DNA of 59,364 nucleotides from Peribolospora baueri (GCA_029717555.1 JAMDHS010000064.1:62001-121364), one strand, 5' to 3'; positions 12,495 through 25,704 are shown, numbered from the stretch's first letter. The notes: generated by a model from the sequence alone, not told the origin. Made by a program: numbers and translations.

Positions 12495-12585
12495 AGCTTG
12501 CTGCGGCAGCCCATCGACTGACCGGGCTGACCGTGCGTGGTCGGATCGTCGGATCGACGACGACGACGACGACGAACACAGAACG

Positions 12586-13694
12586 ATGGCGGAGGCACGA
12601 GAAGCGGTCATCGACGCCCTGCCGTACTACGACAGGGAGATCGAAACCATCCAAGGTGAGCGTTCGAGGCATTTCTATCGCTTATGAGAGGCTGCAAGCT
12701 CGACTAGGCGACGGAACCCCCGCCGCACCTATTCGTTCACTCATGCGTGCCTCCCCATATTTCACAGGCCTCCGAGCGCGAGTGGATAGGGAAATCCAGA
12801 ATGAGCTCAAGGCCGTGGCTCGAAAGGAGGACCCGGAAGAGCTGACTTCGAGACTCCCACGCACCGCCGAGCTTTTCAAGGATAACGAGTTGCTCCAGGC
12901 TGAGCTCGCTCGGGCCGAGGCGCGCACTCCCTTGGCGGCGATCGACACGTCGCGATACCAGCTGCCTGCGCCACCGGAGGGCGCTTCGGAGGAAGAGTGG
13001 AAAAAGGCATTAGACAATGCAAAGGCACAACTAGAGTATCAAGGTTTGAGGTGAGCATCAGCCGGGTGGCTGTGTTCGCGATAGTCTGAGACGGCGGGCA
13101 GAGGGTACGACCCGGGCATGCTGCTGTCGGCGACCTTTCTCTGGGCCTTGAGCCGACCCGTTGTACCTAGTCGAGTCTACTCGGGCGTACATGTGTTCAT
13201 TTCCGATTCGCAACTGACGCCAATATTTGCTTCCTCCCACCCTCCGTCCATTTTGCCCCTTGGCATGGTCACGATATCGTAGGATGACCAACGTTGAGCT
13301 TCTCCGGCAATACGGCGCCAACGCCTGGAGGGTACACAACTTCCAACAAGAGGGCTTCGCGGCGGAATACGAGCGTGCGTTGGAAGCGATGAAGGATCAG
13401 ACGACGGAAATCAACAGGCTGAGGAAGGCTGGGCAGGTGAGTCGGCTCATCTTCCCGCATCGCACCCTTTCTGCGGCCTCGGTGCTTAATTCGACCGCTG
13501 ACTTGCGTCCCTCTGTCGACCCGGGAAAGACCGAAGCGGGCTCCCGTCTGACATCTCTCGAATCCCGCTGGACGGAGCTCGTTTCTCGCACGCTCCAAGT
13601 CGAGGTTGCCAACCTAGCGGGGGAGGCCCAACTGGCAGAGCTGAGTGCGGAGGAGGAGAAGCTGAAGAAGAGGCTGGCCGAGTTGGATCGATGA
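12586..13694 (+). CDS. SPF27: Pre-mRNA splicing factor SPF27/BCAS2/Cwf7 (Prp19 complex)
   Basis: Motifs IDALPYYDREIE, IDTSRYQLPAP..EEWKKALDNAKAQLEYQ, NVELLRQYGANAWRVHN, INRLRKAGQ and LESRWTELVS, joined by GT..AG introns. Confidence 0.95.
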
Positions 13695-15038
13695 TACCGT
13701 CAGGCCGGGGGGCGGGTCTTTTGGTCTCGTATTTGTATGTGTCACGTCTAGGCAGATTCGTGCTTAGGGTGCATCGGGTGTGTACGATATCTGGACGATG
13801 GATCCGATGCTGGGGGTAATCGGATGGACTTCCGACGAACTGGATGTACCTGCTGCCACCCCAGACCCGCCTAGGTCGACTTCGGAGACGACGAAGGGAT
13901 AGCCGAGTCGCACGAAAGCGCTCGGGCTGGAAACCAACCCCTTCTTGCCCCTGCCGAGGAGGACACGAAAGCCGGCGCGGAGGGGGAAGGGACTTTGCAG
14001 CATCCCTTTTTTCTCTCTTTTTTTCGGCGTTGCTGGTGTCGAGCACGACCGTTCGTTCGTTCGCACGCCACCCACAGGCTCCCTCGAAGCCGTCGCATCG
14101 GCAAACGACTGCCTGCTTGCATACCGCGAGCCATAACCGTGTGTCTGAGCGAACGCTGGTCCGAAGTTGGCCCAAACAAAGGGTCACGACGACGTATTGG
14201 GATGTTCCCCGTCCATGCTCCTCCCCAATCTGCAGGACGCGGCCCCCTTGCCTCCCTCCGTCCGTCCGTGTCGTCTTTTTTCGCCGTTCTTTTCCAATGT
14301 CGGGGAGGGGGCGTAGGGGAGAGGAGAAACATGGCGTGTCTGTGTGGGCGAAAGAAGAGCGGGAGGACACCGACGACGATGACGGAATGGACGAGGCCCT
14401 GTGTCCCTGTCCTTATCCTGGCACCGCCCTCGAGGCTTGTGTGAGATGCAGAACTGCAGTCCTTTTTGCGCCTCGTCCCCTCGCTGCCAGAACATTCATG
14501 CGGTTGGCAAGGAAAGAAAGCAAGGGTCATCCCGATCGCGACGACGTGCGTGTATGGAGGGAGAGATCGGTCCGCGTCGACTCACCTTCCTTGCACGGGC
14601 AAAAAAAAAAAAGGGAAGAGAAGAGAAGAGAAGAGAAGAGAACGTTGCGGCCTTCGCATCAAGCGCCGCGTTTCGGCTTTTCTCGAGATGGGGACCAAAA
14701 CTTGGCATTGCATTAGACGATGTGGGCGGGTATTGGAAATGCTGCAGACGAGCAGGACGCGGGCGGAGAGGGAAGGAAGAGAAACGACACGCGGATGGGG
14801 ATGGGGACGGAGACAAGGAGAGGGAAGCCCGAACTGACGCGACTTGGCTAGTAGTCATGAAGCAACCACGGAAAAAAACAAGAGACCTCAAAAACAAAGG
14901 TTCACCACCCTTTCACAGGCGTCGCATCGCGATCGACTCAAAAGACAGCGAGGCGAGACGAGCCAGGCATTCCGAACAAAAGCGCGCGCGCACAGTCCGG
15001 CACCAAATAAAAGGAAGGAACGAGGCGGGACGGAGCCA

Positions 15039-18000
15039 TCATTTCTGGTTGACGATCTTGGCAAGCTTAGAATCTTTAAAGTTCCATCCCTGTCAGCGAG
15101 CGACACGGTCAGATAGAAGTGGGGTAGAACGCATCAGTACCGCTCATCCCTAGACAATTGCGATTCCAGCTCTCGCAACCCACCTCGGGGGGCTGCGGGA
15201 ACGGGTGCGACATGAGCTGACGAGCGGTCGGCCTTGCGGCCGGATCGATGGTGAAGCACAACTTGATGAAATGCTCGGCCTCCTCCGACAACGTCACGTC
15301 GTCCGGGATCGGCGGCGCCTGGCGCTCCTTGCCGAGCTGAAAGAGGAGAATGTGGAGAACGCGGGGGAAGGGAGCGACAATGGGTTAACGGGTTCGAGTT
15401 GCGGCGAATCCTAAACGGTCGCGCGCGCCCGCTCACCCTGAAAATGGCTTGCACGGCCTGCTGCTGCGACCACGGCCGTCTGCCAGCGAACATCTCCAGA
15501 ACGACGCAGCCCAAGCTCCAGATGTCGATCTTGGCGCTGTAGCCCCTGTGACTGTAATTGACGACCTCGGGCGCCATCCAGAAGATGGAACCCTGCATCG
15601 ACATGCCGCTGTCGTCGTCATAGATACCGTCGCTGCGCTTGGAGATGCCAAAGTCGGAAATCTTGCAAGTGCCGGAAAAATCGACGAGGATGTTGTCGGC
15701 CTTGAGATCGCGATGGAGGATGTGACGGTCATGCAAATACGCCAGACCGTCGAGGATCTGGTCTGTGAACGACTTGATGACGTTTTCCTCAAACTTGCCG
15801 TGCTTGTACAGACAGCGGCCGACGGAGCCACCGGGAACGTACTCGAGAAAGATGCTCAAAAAGTCTTCTGTCTCCTCGAAACCGAGGTATTGCACGATCT
15901 TCGGGTGGTCGAGGTCCTTCATCGTCACCATCTCCGACTTGAGCGCGGCCACCATGCTGGCCTGCCGGGCGTCGTCCCTGTCGGACGCCGTCCTGGGCAG
16001 CTCGACCTGTTTGACCGCAAGCATCTCTCCCGTAGTGGCGTTGAGGGCGAGGTAGACTTGGCCGAAGGAACCCTTGCCGATGCGTTCACCCTTGACCCAC
16101 TTGAAGGTCGCTGTGAAAAAGAAAACGAACGAACGAGCCCAAAAGCAAAGATAGGAGAACGATATGAGAGTGGGCTCGCGTAAGTCTCATGGTTCCACAC
16201 ACACACTCACGTTTTTGCGGCTCGGTCGACGAAGGAGACTCGGAGGCAGGGGTCGTGGTGGAGACCAACCTCTCCTGAGCGGGCGTCATCTCGATGACGC
16301 GAGTGCCCCAAAGCTTGGTGCTCCGTCTCCTCGCCAACGCACCCTCCTCCTTGCCGAGCCTGCCCGCGGCGGTCTTCTCGAGCATCCGCTTGCCCTCCTG
16401 CGCGACGACCCTGATGCTCTTCCTCGAGCGCAGCCGAAGCTGTCGCTCCGTCGAAGGGCTCGTCGCCGGCACGTCGCTCTTGGGGCTGCTCGTCACCGGA
16501 CTGCCGGGTAGGCCGGAGGCTTCGACGATGGGCTTGTCGAGGTCATGATTGGGGAAAAAGTCCTCCAGGTTCTCGTACACTTGCTCGGCCGGCGGACGGA
16601 AGGCCCATACGTGCTCTCTCCGGTGGAAGGAGTTGCTACGGCCCAATAGCGGCGAAGGTTTCGGTTGTGTGGACCGTGAACCAGTAGTGGAAGACGCCGA
16701 TGCCGCGGGCGAGAAGTCCTCTTCCGCGGGGCTGCTGGTGACCTTGGGCGGAGAAGAGGGCACGACGGGGTCCGGGTCGATGCGGACGCGCAGCTCCGGC
16801 TTCTCCGCCTTCTTGGAAGAACTGGCAGAGCTGGAGGGATCGGAAGGTGGGACCCACCAAGTGGTCGCATCGTCTGGCTCGTCGGGCTCATCAGGAAACG
16901 GTTCGAACGCGCCGTCTTCGTTGTCGTCCTCGGGAGCTTGGTCAAAGGCGTCGAGCCCGAGCGCGCCGCGGGAAACTCCGTTGGACTCGGACTGTTGGTT
17001 GGAAGAGATGGGCGGGACGACGGTGGAGGGGCCAATGGTGGAGGAGCCGGTGCTGCCCCTGAGCGTGCCCTCGCCGTCGCCGTCGTCGAGCATGAGGCGA
17101 GCTAAAGCGTCGGCGCCGCTGCGGCCCGGGAACGTATCTTCGTCCTCTCTGTGGCCGTCGGTGGTACTCTCCATAGGAGCCGGCTTCGGAGGCGTCGGCA
17201 GGAGACGGTGGACGATGTCCTCACGACGAGCGACTGCCGCGTCGGCGATGGGACGGACCGGCGGTGTCATCGCGACGTTGTTGTTGTTGTTGTTGCCGAC
17301 GGTTTCCTTGGGCGGTCCGCTCGTCGAGCTCCTCGCCGACGTGGGAGGGCTGTGCACCTCCTCAGCGATGCCGGCGTAAGGGCTGTCTTCGTAGGACGCG
17401 TTGCGACCGTGCAAAGACGCTGCCGAGCTGGACGTGTAGGAAGACCCTGAGGACCTCGTGGCGCCGTCGACGGCGTTACGTTCGTACGGAGGCGGCGGCG
17501 GGCCTCCCTGGAACCTCTGCGGCTGTTGCCTCGCGGCCGACAAGGGGACGGGAGGCGTGCGATGGAAATGCTCCGAGACCGATCCGGCGCGCAAGGCCTC
17601 CGGCACTGACTCGACCGGGTTCTTTCTCGGGCTACGCGGTCCGTGTACGTGCATCGGCGGCAGAGGGCCGGGCCTTCCGGCTTGTGGGAACGGCGCCGAG
17701 GTGGGCTGAGGCTGCCTCGGCTGTGCGCTCTCGCGGAGCGTCTCTTGCACTGTCTTGCCCGGCCCGAGGGAGCCGACGTTGCGGGCCATGCAGAACTCGT
17801 CGACCTGACGGGCGGAGCTGTACGGGAACATGGTGGTGGAGACGTCGTTGTACGTGTGTACGGTCATTGGACGAGAGCCGGAGTACTGGGTGGGCAGGAT
17901 GGGGTCGTAAGACGTGGCTGGTCGCTGACCAAACACGATGGGACTGGGCGAGCGATGCGGGTCGGGGCGGGCGCGATTGGGATCCATGTACTGCCTCACC

Positions 18001-20004
18001 GGGGACGGCGGATAAGGAGAGACGAGAGGGGACTGGGTGTAAGAAGAAGTTGACTGAGAGGGCATGATGGGCCCCGCGCCGTTAGGTCGCGGCTGGCCGT
18101 ACTGAACGGGTCGCGACACGGGAACGACGGGCACGGGCCGTCCGGAGGCGTCGAGGTACACAGGCGGGCGCATCATCCGGTTCGGATCCATGCCGGGCGG
18201 CGGCGGCGGCGGCGGCGGTGGTTGCCGTCTAGGGTCGCCAGAAACCATGTAAGAGCCCATACTCTCAAGCGACCTTTGGGGCAAGAGAGGGGGGGGGCCG
18301 GTGGGTTGCCGCGGCGGCATGGACGGCGGCTGACCCGGAGGCCACCACTGTTCGCCGCCGTTGGGCCCACCGAACCGCTGTGGTCGGATGATGGGAGAGC
18401 CGCCGGCGCTGCCGCCGCCGCCCCCGCGGAGGTCGTTCAAGTTATCCATGCTCTTGGTGCTGTGCAGGGCCGGGTTGCGGGACATTTGAGTCTGAATGGG
18501 CGCCGGATGCGGTGGGCGTCCTGGTGCGGGAGGAGGGTAGGGACCGAATGGCACAGGCGGTTCCGGTCCGCGCGAATTCTGCCTCCCCGGCTGCAGCGAA
18601 GAGGGCAGCGCGCGGTCGTACGACGGACCACGTTGAGGGGGCCTGGGCGGACCGTACCCCTGTTCCTGATATCGCTGCGGCGGCGGAGGAGGGAAGGGCG
18701 GGCCCTGCGTCCGAACGGGGGACATGGAGTTGTCGTACGGTCTCTGAGCCGAGGCGGACGGGTAAGAGTGCCCTTGAGGGCTCGACGCGGACCGGGGGTG
18801 TGGTGGTGGGCTGGAAGTGGTGGGAAGGTGGACGTCTTCGTAGTGCGCGGTGGTCGGTGCGCTAGCGACGGATGCGCTGGCGACAGAGTGAATGGACGGG
18901 CGAGGAGACTGGGGCGGCGGCTCTGGAGCGGGAGCTCGGAAGGAGGGTGGAGCACTGGAAGTGGCGTTCATCCTCTTGACGAAGAACTTGAGCGAGCCTT
19001 TATCATCTCCGCAGCCGAGACACAGGACGAGGAGCCTGTCGTCGTCGATCGGAGACTTGCTCTCGTTCTGGCCTATCTCGGTCAAAAAGAGAGCGAAGGA
19101 CGACCAATTCTCGTCGTGAAGATCTGAAAATGGGGATGGATGGACGGACGGGAAAGGCCAGGCCTGCGTCAACGGACGACGAAACGAGGAAGAAGAAGAG
19201 CGGACAGGACACAAAGGAAAGCGGCGCTGGGCGGTGGGCACTCACTGAGCTTGGCGAACATTTTCTCCTTGATGGCCCGCGCCTCGTTCAAACCGGTGAC
19301 GTCGACGACGGAGAAACGCTCGTTATCGTCGGTGACAGCGATGCGCACCGTGTCGGAGGAGCGTTCGAGGGAGTGGTCGCGCACGTAGCCGTTGAAGCTG
19401 CCGTCCCGACCACCTCCTCCAGCCCCTCCTCCTCCGCTGGTTCCACCAGAGCCGCGCCGGTCGCTTTCCTCGCCTCCTCCCCTTCCGCCGCCTCCGCTCC
19501 CGCCTCCACCGGCGCTACCGTCGCCGCCACTTCCCACTCCAAAGCCGATTCCGCCTCCGCCTCCGCCACCGGCCACGCCGCCGCCAACGCTTCCGCTCCT
19601 CCCGCCGCCCGTCTCCCCACCTTCCTGCGGGCGCGCTCCCCCTCCTCCGTCAGGTCCGTCTTCGAACGGCTCCAAGAGAACCTCGAAGCCATCCTGGTCA
19701 TAGCTGGCTTGCCTCTCGTGCTTGTCCGACGGGGACGTGGTCATCTGGCCTCCGACGACGCCGCTTCCTTGCGGGGCTGAAGTGGTGCGCGGCGAGATGC
19801 CATCAGCGGAAGAGGGTGGGCCGGCGCTGGAGGGTGAGGATGGTGATTGAAGATAGGACAAGCCGAGCACGACCGAGGAAGCGTCGTCCCACCGTCGGCC
19901 GTCCATTCCGGAGCGGCCCAGAGACTCGGAGAGAGAGGTGAGTGAGCTGGATGCTGGGATCGTCAGGTTTCGCTGCTGAGAAAAGGTGAGGCGAGAAACA
20001 CGCA

Positions 20005-20074
<70 letters not shown>

Positions 20075-21205
20075 GCCAACTGGGTGTCAGGCTGTGTCTC
20101 GCCATCGCCATTCGAGCAGGCAGTGCTGTGCCACACTCACAGGTACAGGGATGGCGCCGTTGGACGTGTGCCGTTGAGGCTCGCTCGGCCGTCTTCCATG
20201 ACCGCCCTTGAGCTTACCCCAGACGCTGCCAATGTTCTCGAACACGCTTCCCGTCTTCTTGTCCCGGTGTTCCCTGGCCGCCTTGCAGGCCTTGTCCCTG
20301 CGGCGGAGAGGGACGGAGGGACGGTCGTCGAAGGAGGAGGCGGAGGGGCTGACCTGCACGCTCCACACGCTCTCCGCGTCGCTCTTGTCGGCAGCCCTGG
20401 CCTTGCCCTTGGTTTTGTCGTCCCTGCGGGTGACGACGAACCGAGGGCTTGGGGGTCGGTGGCTGACGACCTGGGGGGGGACCCAGGGTTGGGAGAGGGT
20501 GGACAGGCTGAGGCTGGCGCTGCTCGAGTTGCGCTGATGACCGACGTCGGAGACGCTCGACAGGCTGGTCGTGCTGGTCGACCGTCCACCGACGGCGGAG
20601 ATGGGGCTGGGCAGAGTGCGGGCGGGGTTGGCAGAAACGGGGCTGGGGACCGAGGGCACGGAGGTGGCGGAGACGGGGGAGAGCTGATCGTGATGGTAGG
20701 GCGAGGCGGCGCCGGACGACGGGGTGGAGGAGGTAGGCTGGGAAGAGGAAAGGATGCTGAGCGTCGGGGCGGAGGAGGTGGGCGTGGGCGTGGGGCCGAG
20801 AGTGAGCGAGCCAGTGGAAGGCATCGTCCGAAGCGGTCTGACCTGGTCGAAGGACTGGGAAGAAGCGGAGCGCGGGCCCATGGGCCGTACGGTGGGCGTG
20901 GGCGAATTATGAGCGTCCCTCGCGTCGAGGGGGAACGTGCCGGGGATCGCCTTGCCGGCGGCCCAGCCGGACAGTCGGCTTTCGTCGTCGACCCAAAAGC
21001 TCCTATCCGATGGGAGGACGTTTGCGTTTGCGTTTGCGCTGGCCGACTCGCCGTCACTGCTTGTCCCTGCGGCGCCTCCCGTTCCTGGTCTGGCGCGGCC
21101 GGTGGGGAGGGAGGGCGAGCTGAAGGGGAGGATCGAAAGGGAGGCGTCCATGGCGTCCAACATCAGAGAGTTGGGCTTTGGAGGCAGGACGGGGGCAACG
21201 GACAT
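15039..21205 (-). CDS. BCK1: MAP kinase kinase kinase, Bck1/Mkh1 (cell wall integrity) type
   Basis: C-terminal STE11-family kinase domain (FKWVKGERIGKGSFGQVYLALNATTGEMLAVKQV, HRDLKADN, DFG, GSIFWMAPE). Bck1-type motifs WAFRPPAEQVYENLEDFFPNHDLDKP and RRRSTKLWG. Last exon GWNFKDSKLAKIVNQK* with stop at 15041-15039. Start codon uncertain. Confidence 0.92.
20005..20071. repeat. (AG)n microsatellite, about 33 units, in BCK1 intron 1
   Basis: Read directly; it is (CT)n on the coding strand inside intron ~20140-19976. Confidence 0.95.
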
Positions 21206-21841
21206 GCCAATCGCATGGACGACGGGGCGTGAGGGGTTGGAAGAGGTGGACGTCCGTCGCCGCGGACGGCGGTGCGAAGAGGTGGACGGCCGCGCTGGTT
21301 TGTCGGGGCTGGTGGAAGGGTGTGCGGGGGAAAGAGGGAGTCGGGGAAAGGGGAGGTGGTCGTGGAGAGGGTGCAAAGGGACGGATCAATGCGATCTGGT
21401 TGTCGTCGTTGGATTTCTTTGTTTTTTTTTTTTTCTCTCCTTTACTCTGGCGCTGAGGATCGTGGTCTGTGGGGTGGCCGACAGGCGACGACGAGGGGCG
21501 GCGGAGGGGTGCGGAAGAGAGGCGAAGAGAAAGAGGGGAAGAGAACGAAGGAGGAAGGAGGGGGCGACGTGGGCGCCTTGACGATGGGAGGCGGACGAGG
21601 TGGTGGTGGTGGTGGTAGTAGTAGATGGTGGTCGTCGTCGTCGTCGTGAATGTATGCGTGGATGGTGGTGGAGCGAAAAGACGCGTCGGCGGCGGATCGA
21701 CGGGAAGTTGGATTCCAGTCTTAACAACACCGGACGGACAGACAGTGTGCGCGCAGGTCCACCCCTTTTTTTTTTCTTTTAAGAGGTTCGATACCACAGT
21801 CTCAACGCGGCCGCGCGCGCCGCGCGCGTCTCGTATATTAT

Positions 21842-24800
21842 TTAGATCACAGCTGGACACCACCCAAACAAGACCTCCTCCCGCCCTTGCAGTCTTCCAT
21901 ATGTGGGGTCTCCCGGGAAGACGCAAGCGTGCAAAAGGGCGCGCTGGTACGAGAGCGGCAGGCGGGCGAAGCCCTCGACCCTCGCGCCCCACCTGTCGAG
22001 GACCTTCTTTTGGTCCGCTTGGGGGCATCGGTGTGCGCGGCCTTTGCCGGCCTTGACGGCGACGGCGCTCAGGTCACAAGGGGGCACACCACGACAGGTC
22101 ACCCACATCGGCTCAACGCTGAGCACCGTAGCTGAGCCGGGGAAGAGATTTCCAGCCAAGGCCAAGATCCGACGGTCGATGAGGCCCGACGAGGCCGTTT
22201 CCGGATCCGGCCGTCCTGCGCGCGCCTGGGCGAGGACGTCGTTGCGCTCGGTGGACGACAAGAAGGTCGCGGCCGATGCAGACCTCAACGCCCGCGCGAT
22301 GCCGTTGTCGAGGGCCTTTGGGCCGTGGACGGCGTGTGCGGCCAGGTCGTGCGCGTAGATGGCGGGCTCGACCGAGACGCCGGGGGCCTTGGTCGCCGTG
22401 ACAAGCCTCACAGGGGTCGACCGCGGGAAGCGGTGCCTGGTGTTGCGCGTCCCAAGCTCCTGCTGCCTGTACGAGGCGCAATGGAAGGAGAGGATGGAGC
22501 ATCGCTCCTTGAGACGATTTTCGGACCGGGGCATGGCGGCGAGCGCCTCCATGGCCGCGACGGAATCCTGAGTGCTCGTCCAGGCAAGCAGGTCCACTTC
22601 GCGAGCCTCCCGTCGAGCCTCCCGTGTCACCAAGTAACCCTCTCTCATGCGATTCATGCGGTTCTCCCAGCCTTCCGGGTCTTCGACGGCGGCGGCACCG
22701 CTGTTCTCGCCGCCAACGGAACGAATCAGATTCGTTCCTCCAGCTATGCCAACCGGACGTGCCCACGGGCTTCCTCGTCGGAGCTGGCACATTCGAAGGC
22801 AGGCCCGATCGGACGTCGTCCTCGTGGGCTGCGACCAGAGCGTCCGCTTGTGTCCGCCTTTCGGCAGACTCGGGTGCCCCGATAGCCCGCATCGCACCCA
22901 TTTTTGCTGTGCAGAGGTCCATCTATTAGTCCAGCCCGCCACTCGTGGCTCGACGAGAAACCAGGGGCTTACTTCTTTGGACCCGGGTCGACGCTTGCTC
23001 CGAGTGCTGAGCACGGCGAGGATCGACGCTCGGCCCGTCAGCGACGGCTTGCTCTCCACCCGCGGCGACGCTCCGCCTTCAAGCATGCGAAGGCTCCGGA
23101 GCGGTGACGCAATGCGGTCAATCTGCAAAAAAGGGCCACGTGTCAGCGTAAGCGACACGAAATGGACACTGTTCGCAAGCTACACACCTCCGCCTTGGTC
23201 TCCTCCAGCAGGCTCTCTAGGCCAATCTGCCGACACTCTTCCTCGACGTCGGCGCGCAGCTTCTGACCTGAGCGCGACGACCGATCGAGAGGGCCGTTCC
23301 CCGAGACGACGCGCTCTGCCAGCACTCGCTTGAGTTGGACGAGATACAAGAGTTTGTATCTCCCCGGCGCGAGCACAGTATTTGATGCACCCCGCGTGGA
23401 ATGTTAACAGCAGCAGCGTGTAGCTGCCGCCGACACGAACAACAGCGAGGTTACCCGCGTCCGTGAGGAAGCCCGAGGGGTTCAGAGAGCTCTAGGCTGG
23501 CATCCGGGAGCGAAGTGTCGCGGCCGCCTCGTCGCCGACAGCGTCGTAGCCGTCCAGGACCTGTGACAAGAGAAGGCGGTTGACCTATTTAACTGGAAAG
23601 TGTTAGTGACGCTAGGCAGATGTTCGTCGCGATCGCGCAAGGAGGAGTACCTTGGTCGCCATTGCTGTCACGATGACCGGCTGGACGATCGCGAGGTACC
23701 TCGTGAGGAAGTGGACCGCCGTGTCTAGATGGTTAGGGCTGTAAAAAAGATGGACACCATCAGCACCGGCTGAAATTGAAAGTACAATCGCTACTGGCGG
23801 GTTAAAAGAAAGAAAGCCTCAGCTCGGGCCCACGCACTCGAAGCAGAGGGGCCAGAGATCCACGAAAGGGCCTCGGAAAGTGGTGAGGAAGTCGAGGCTC
23901 TCTTCCCGTCGGAGGGCCTCATCCGGAAGGCATCTTGCGTGTGCGCCAATTTGCCATTTCGATCCTGGGAACCATCCAGAAGTTTAAAACGTCGGTTAGA
24001 GCGCATCAAGCAACGGTACGGTCGCAGAACCGAGTCGAACAAGCTCACCTCGGTCCCGACCCCGCACACGGGCCTCAGAACGAGGTCTTGCCGACCAGGT
24101 TCTCCAGCGTGGCATCCTTCCCAAGGAGCAGGCTGAGGACTTTCCCGTGCTGGTCAAAGGCAAACGCGGAGGCGTTCGTAATCACCGTTTGCAGCCCGAG
24201 AGACACGGAAGAGCTTGTCAACCTCTTCCCTGCGCAGATCCAGCTCGTCACTGGGAACAGACTCGGTGAAGAGGGCCTGCTGGCCTTTGAGGATCTGAAT
24301 CAGATAAATCGGCGGGGATTAAGCTGGGAGTTGGCAGTGGCCGATACAAACCGGCTCACCTTGTCTCGCAACTGCATAGCAGCTTCTGAGAGACCCAGTC
24401 GCCCTCCTCTATGCCGCCCGGGGCCGAGTTTAAGGCCGTCTGGCCGGCGGTATCGATGAGGAAAGCCTCGACGCACCCAACGTCCCTCGAAGCGAGTCGG
24501 AACATTTGCAGGGGCGTCAGAGGACTAGGAGAGTCGGCGTTTGGAGCGTTCACGGGAAACGCCAATTCGGAAAACTCCCAGCATTCCCAGCCTGACCAGC
24601 CGCCGGAGACTTTCGCAAAGTTTGCCAGACGGGTTTGCATGGCGTGTTGCGAGTCCATTTCGAGGCGGTGGAGGGGGCTTCCAGCTAGAAAATATCCAAA
24701 AAGCCGTCAAAATTTGCAAACAGAGGCCGTCAGAGTCTAAAGCGCATGCATATACTGAAGAAGCCGAGCTGCGCATACACGCACCGACCGTCGTTCCAAT

Positions 24801-25250
24801 AGATGCGCATGAAACGTGGTCTTCCCGCCCGCACGAGTTGTCCAAGACGTCCCAGACGGGGGCCGACCGGGCAAAGTCCGCACAATAACGGGCGTCGTAG
24901 CGTGTCAACGCTTCACGAAAGTCTTGCTGCGTGAAGCGTTTAACGCGCACATAGAATCGAGCGGGCGTCCAGCCAGGGCCTGGAGTGTGGCGACTGTGTT
25001 GGCATGCCCGAGGATGAGCCTGTCGGTGTCGGTATGTGACGGCGCTTTCCTTTACTTGCGGGCGCGCCTGGAGCAGACCATCTCGTAGAGAGACGCTCTC
25101 CTGTCAAGCAGCGTCTGCCGTTCCCGGAGCTCGGCGAGCTTGGCGTCTCTCCAGAAGGAGAGCCGAGCTTGCGCATTTAGAGCGAGGTTGGCGTCGTCGG
25201 TGTCGATCCTGCACCTCTTCGAGATGCGAGAGACGGAATTGAAGCAGTCT
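21842..25250 (-). pseudogene. Decayed multi-exon gene of unknown family
   Basis: Several clean GT..branch..AG introns join protein-like exons (e.g. DLWPLCF-DPNHLDTAVHFLTRYLAIVQPVIVTAMATK-VLDGY). An in-frame TAG at 23494-23492 and apparent frameshifts break the reading frame. A long terminal ORF runs 23158-21842. The 5' limit is unclear. Confidence 0.5.
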
Positions 25251-25704
25251 GGAAGGAAAAAAAGTGAGTATATGCGCAGAAGTACTTAGTTTTCTGACGA
25301 CCGACGACCGGTTCCGACGGTCTCACGTACAAAGTCGGTCGCGTTAGCGTCCTAGAGGCTGTAAAGTCACTGAAAACAAAGGATTTTCGGCCGTCTGGTC
25401 AACGGAGCGTTATAGGAGGGAGCGGTGTGAGTGAGGTCAGCGTACAGGTGAGAAGGAGTATACCGCTCAAGGGAACACGGTGAGGCACTCGTAACGTATG
25501 TTAGAGGAGGTACGAGTGAAATCAGAACGAGGTCGTGGTAGGAGAACAAGCCGTCGGTCCCAATAGGCCTCTGCAAGGGCGCCTTTTATGGAGCGCCGCC
25601 TAGGGTCGGACACTCTAGCGTGGCTGCCGGCCGCGCGTCGCGTCGCGTTTTTTGTGGAAGGTATCGGCGCGTCGCGATGAGAGTCGATGTCGTAGACGGT
25701 GTAA

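Noticed and set aside
13061..13091. TPP riboswitch-like GGGTG...CTGAGA in the SPF27 intron
   Set aside because: The downstream ATAC, TGAT...TAAT and GCG.AGG elements are absent, and the host gene is unrelated to thiamine.
21806..21830. GC palindrome as a possible Helitron 3' hairpin next to the orphan locus
   Set aside because: No CTRR terminus at a suitable distance on either strand; such CG runs are common here.
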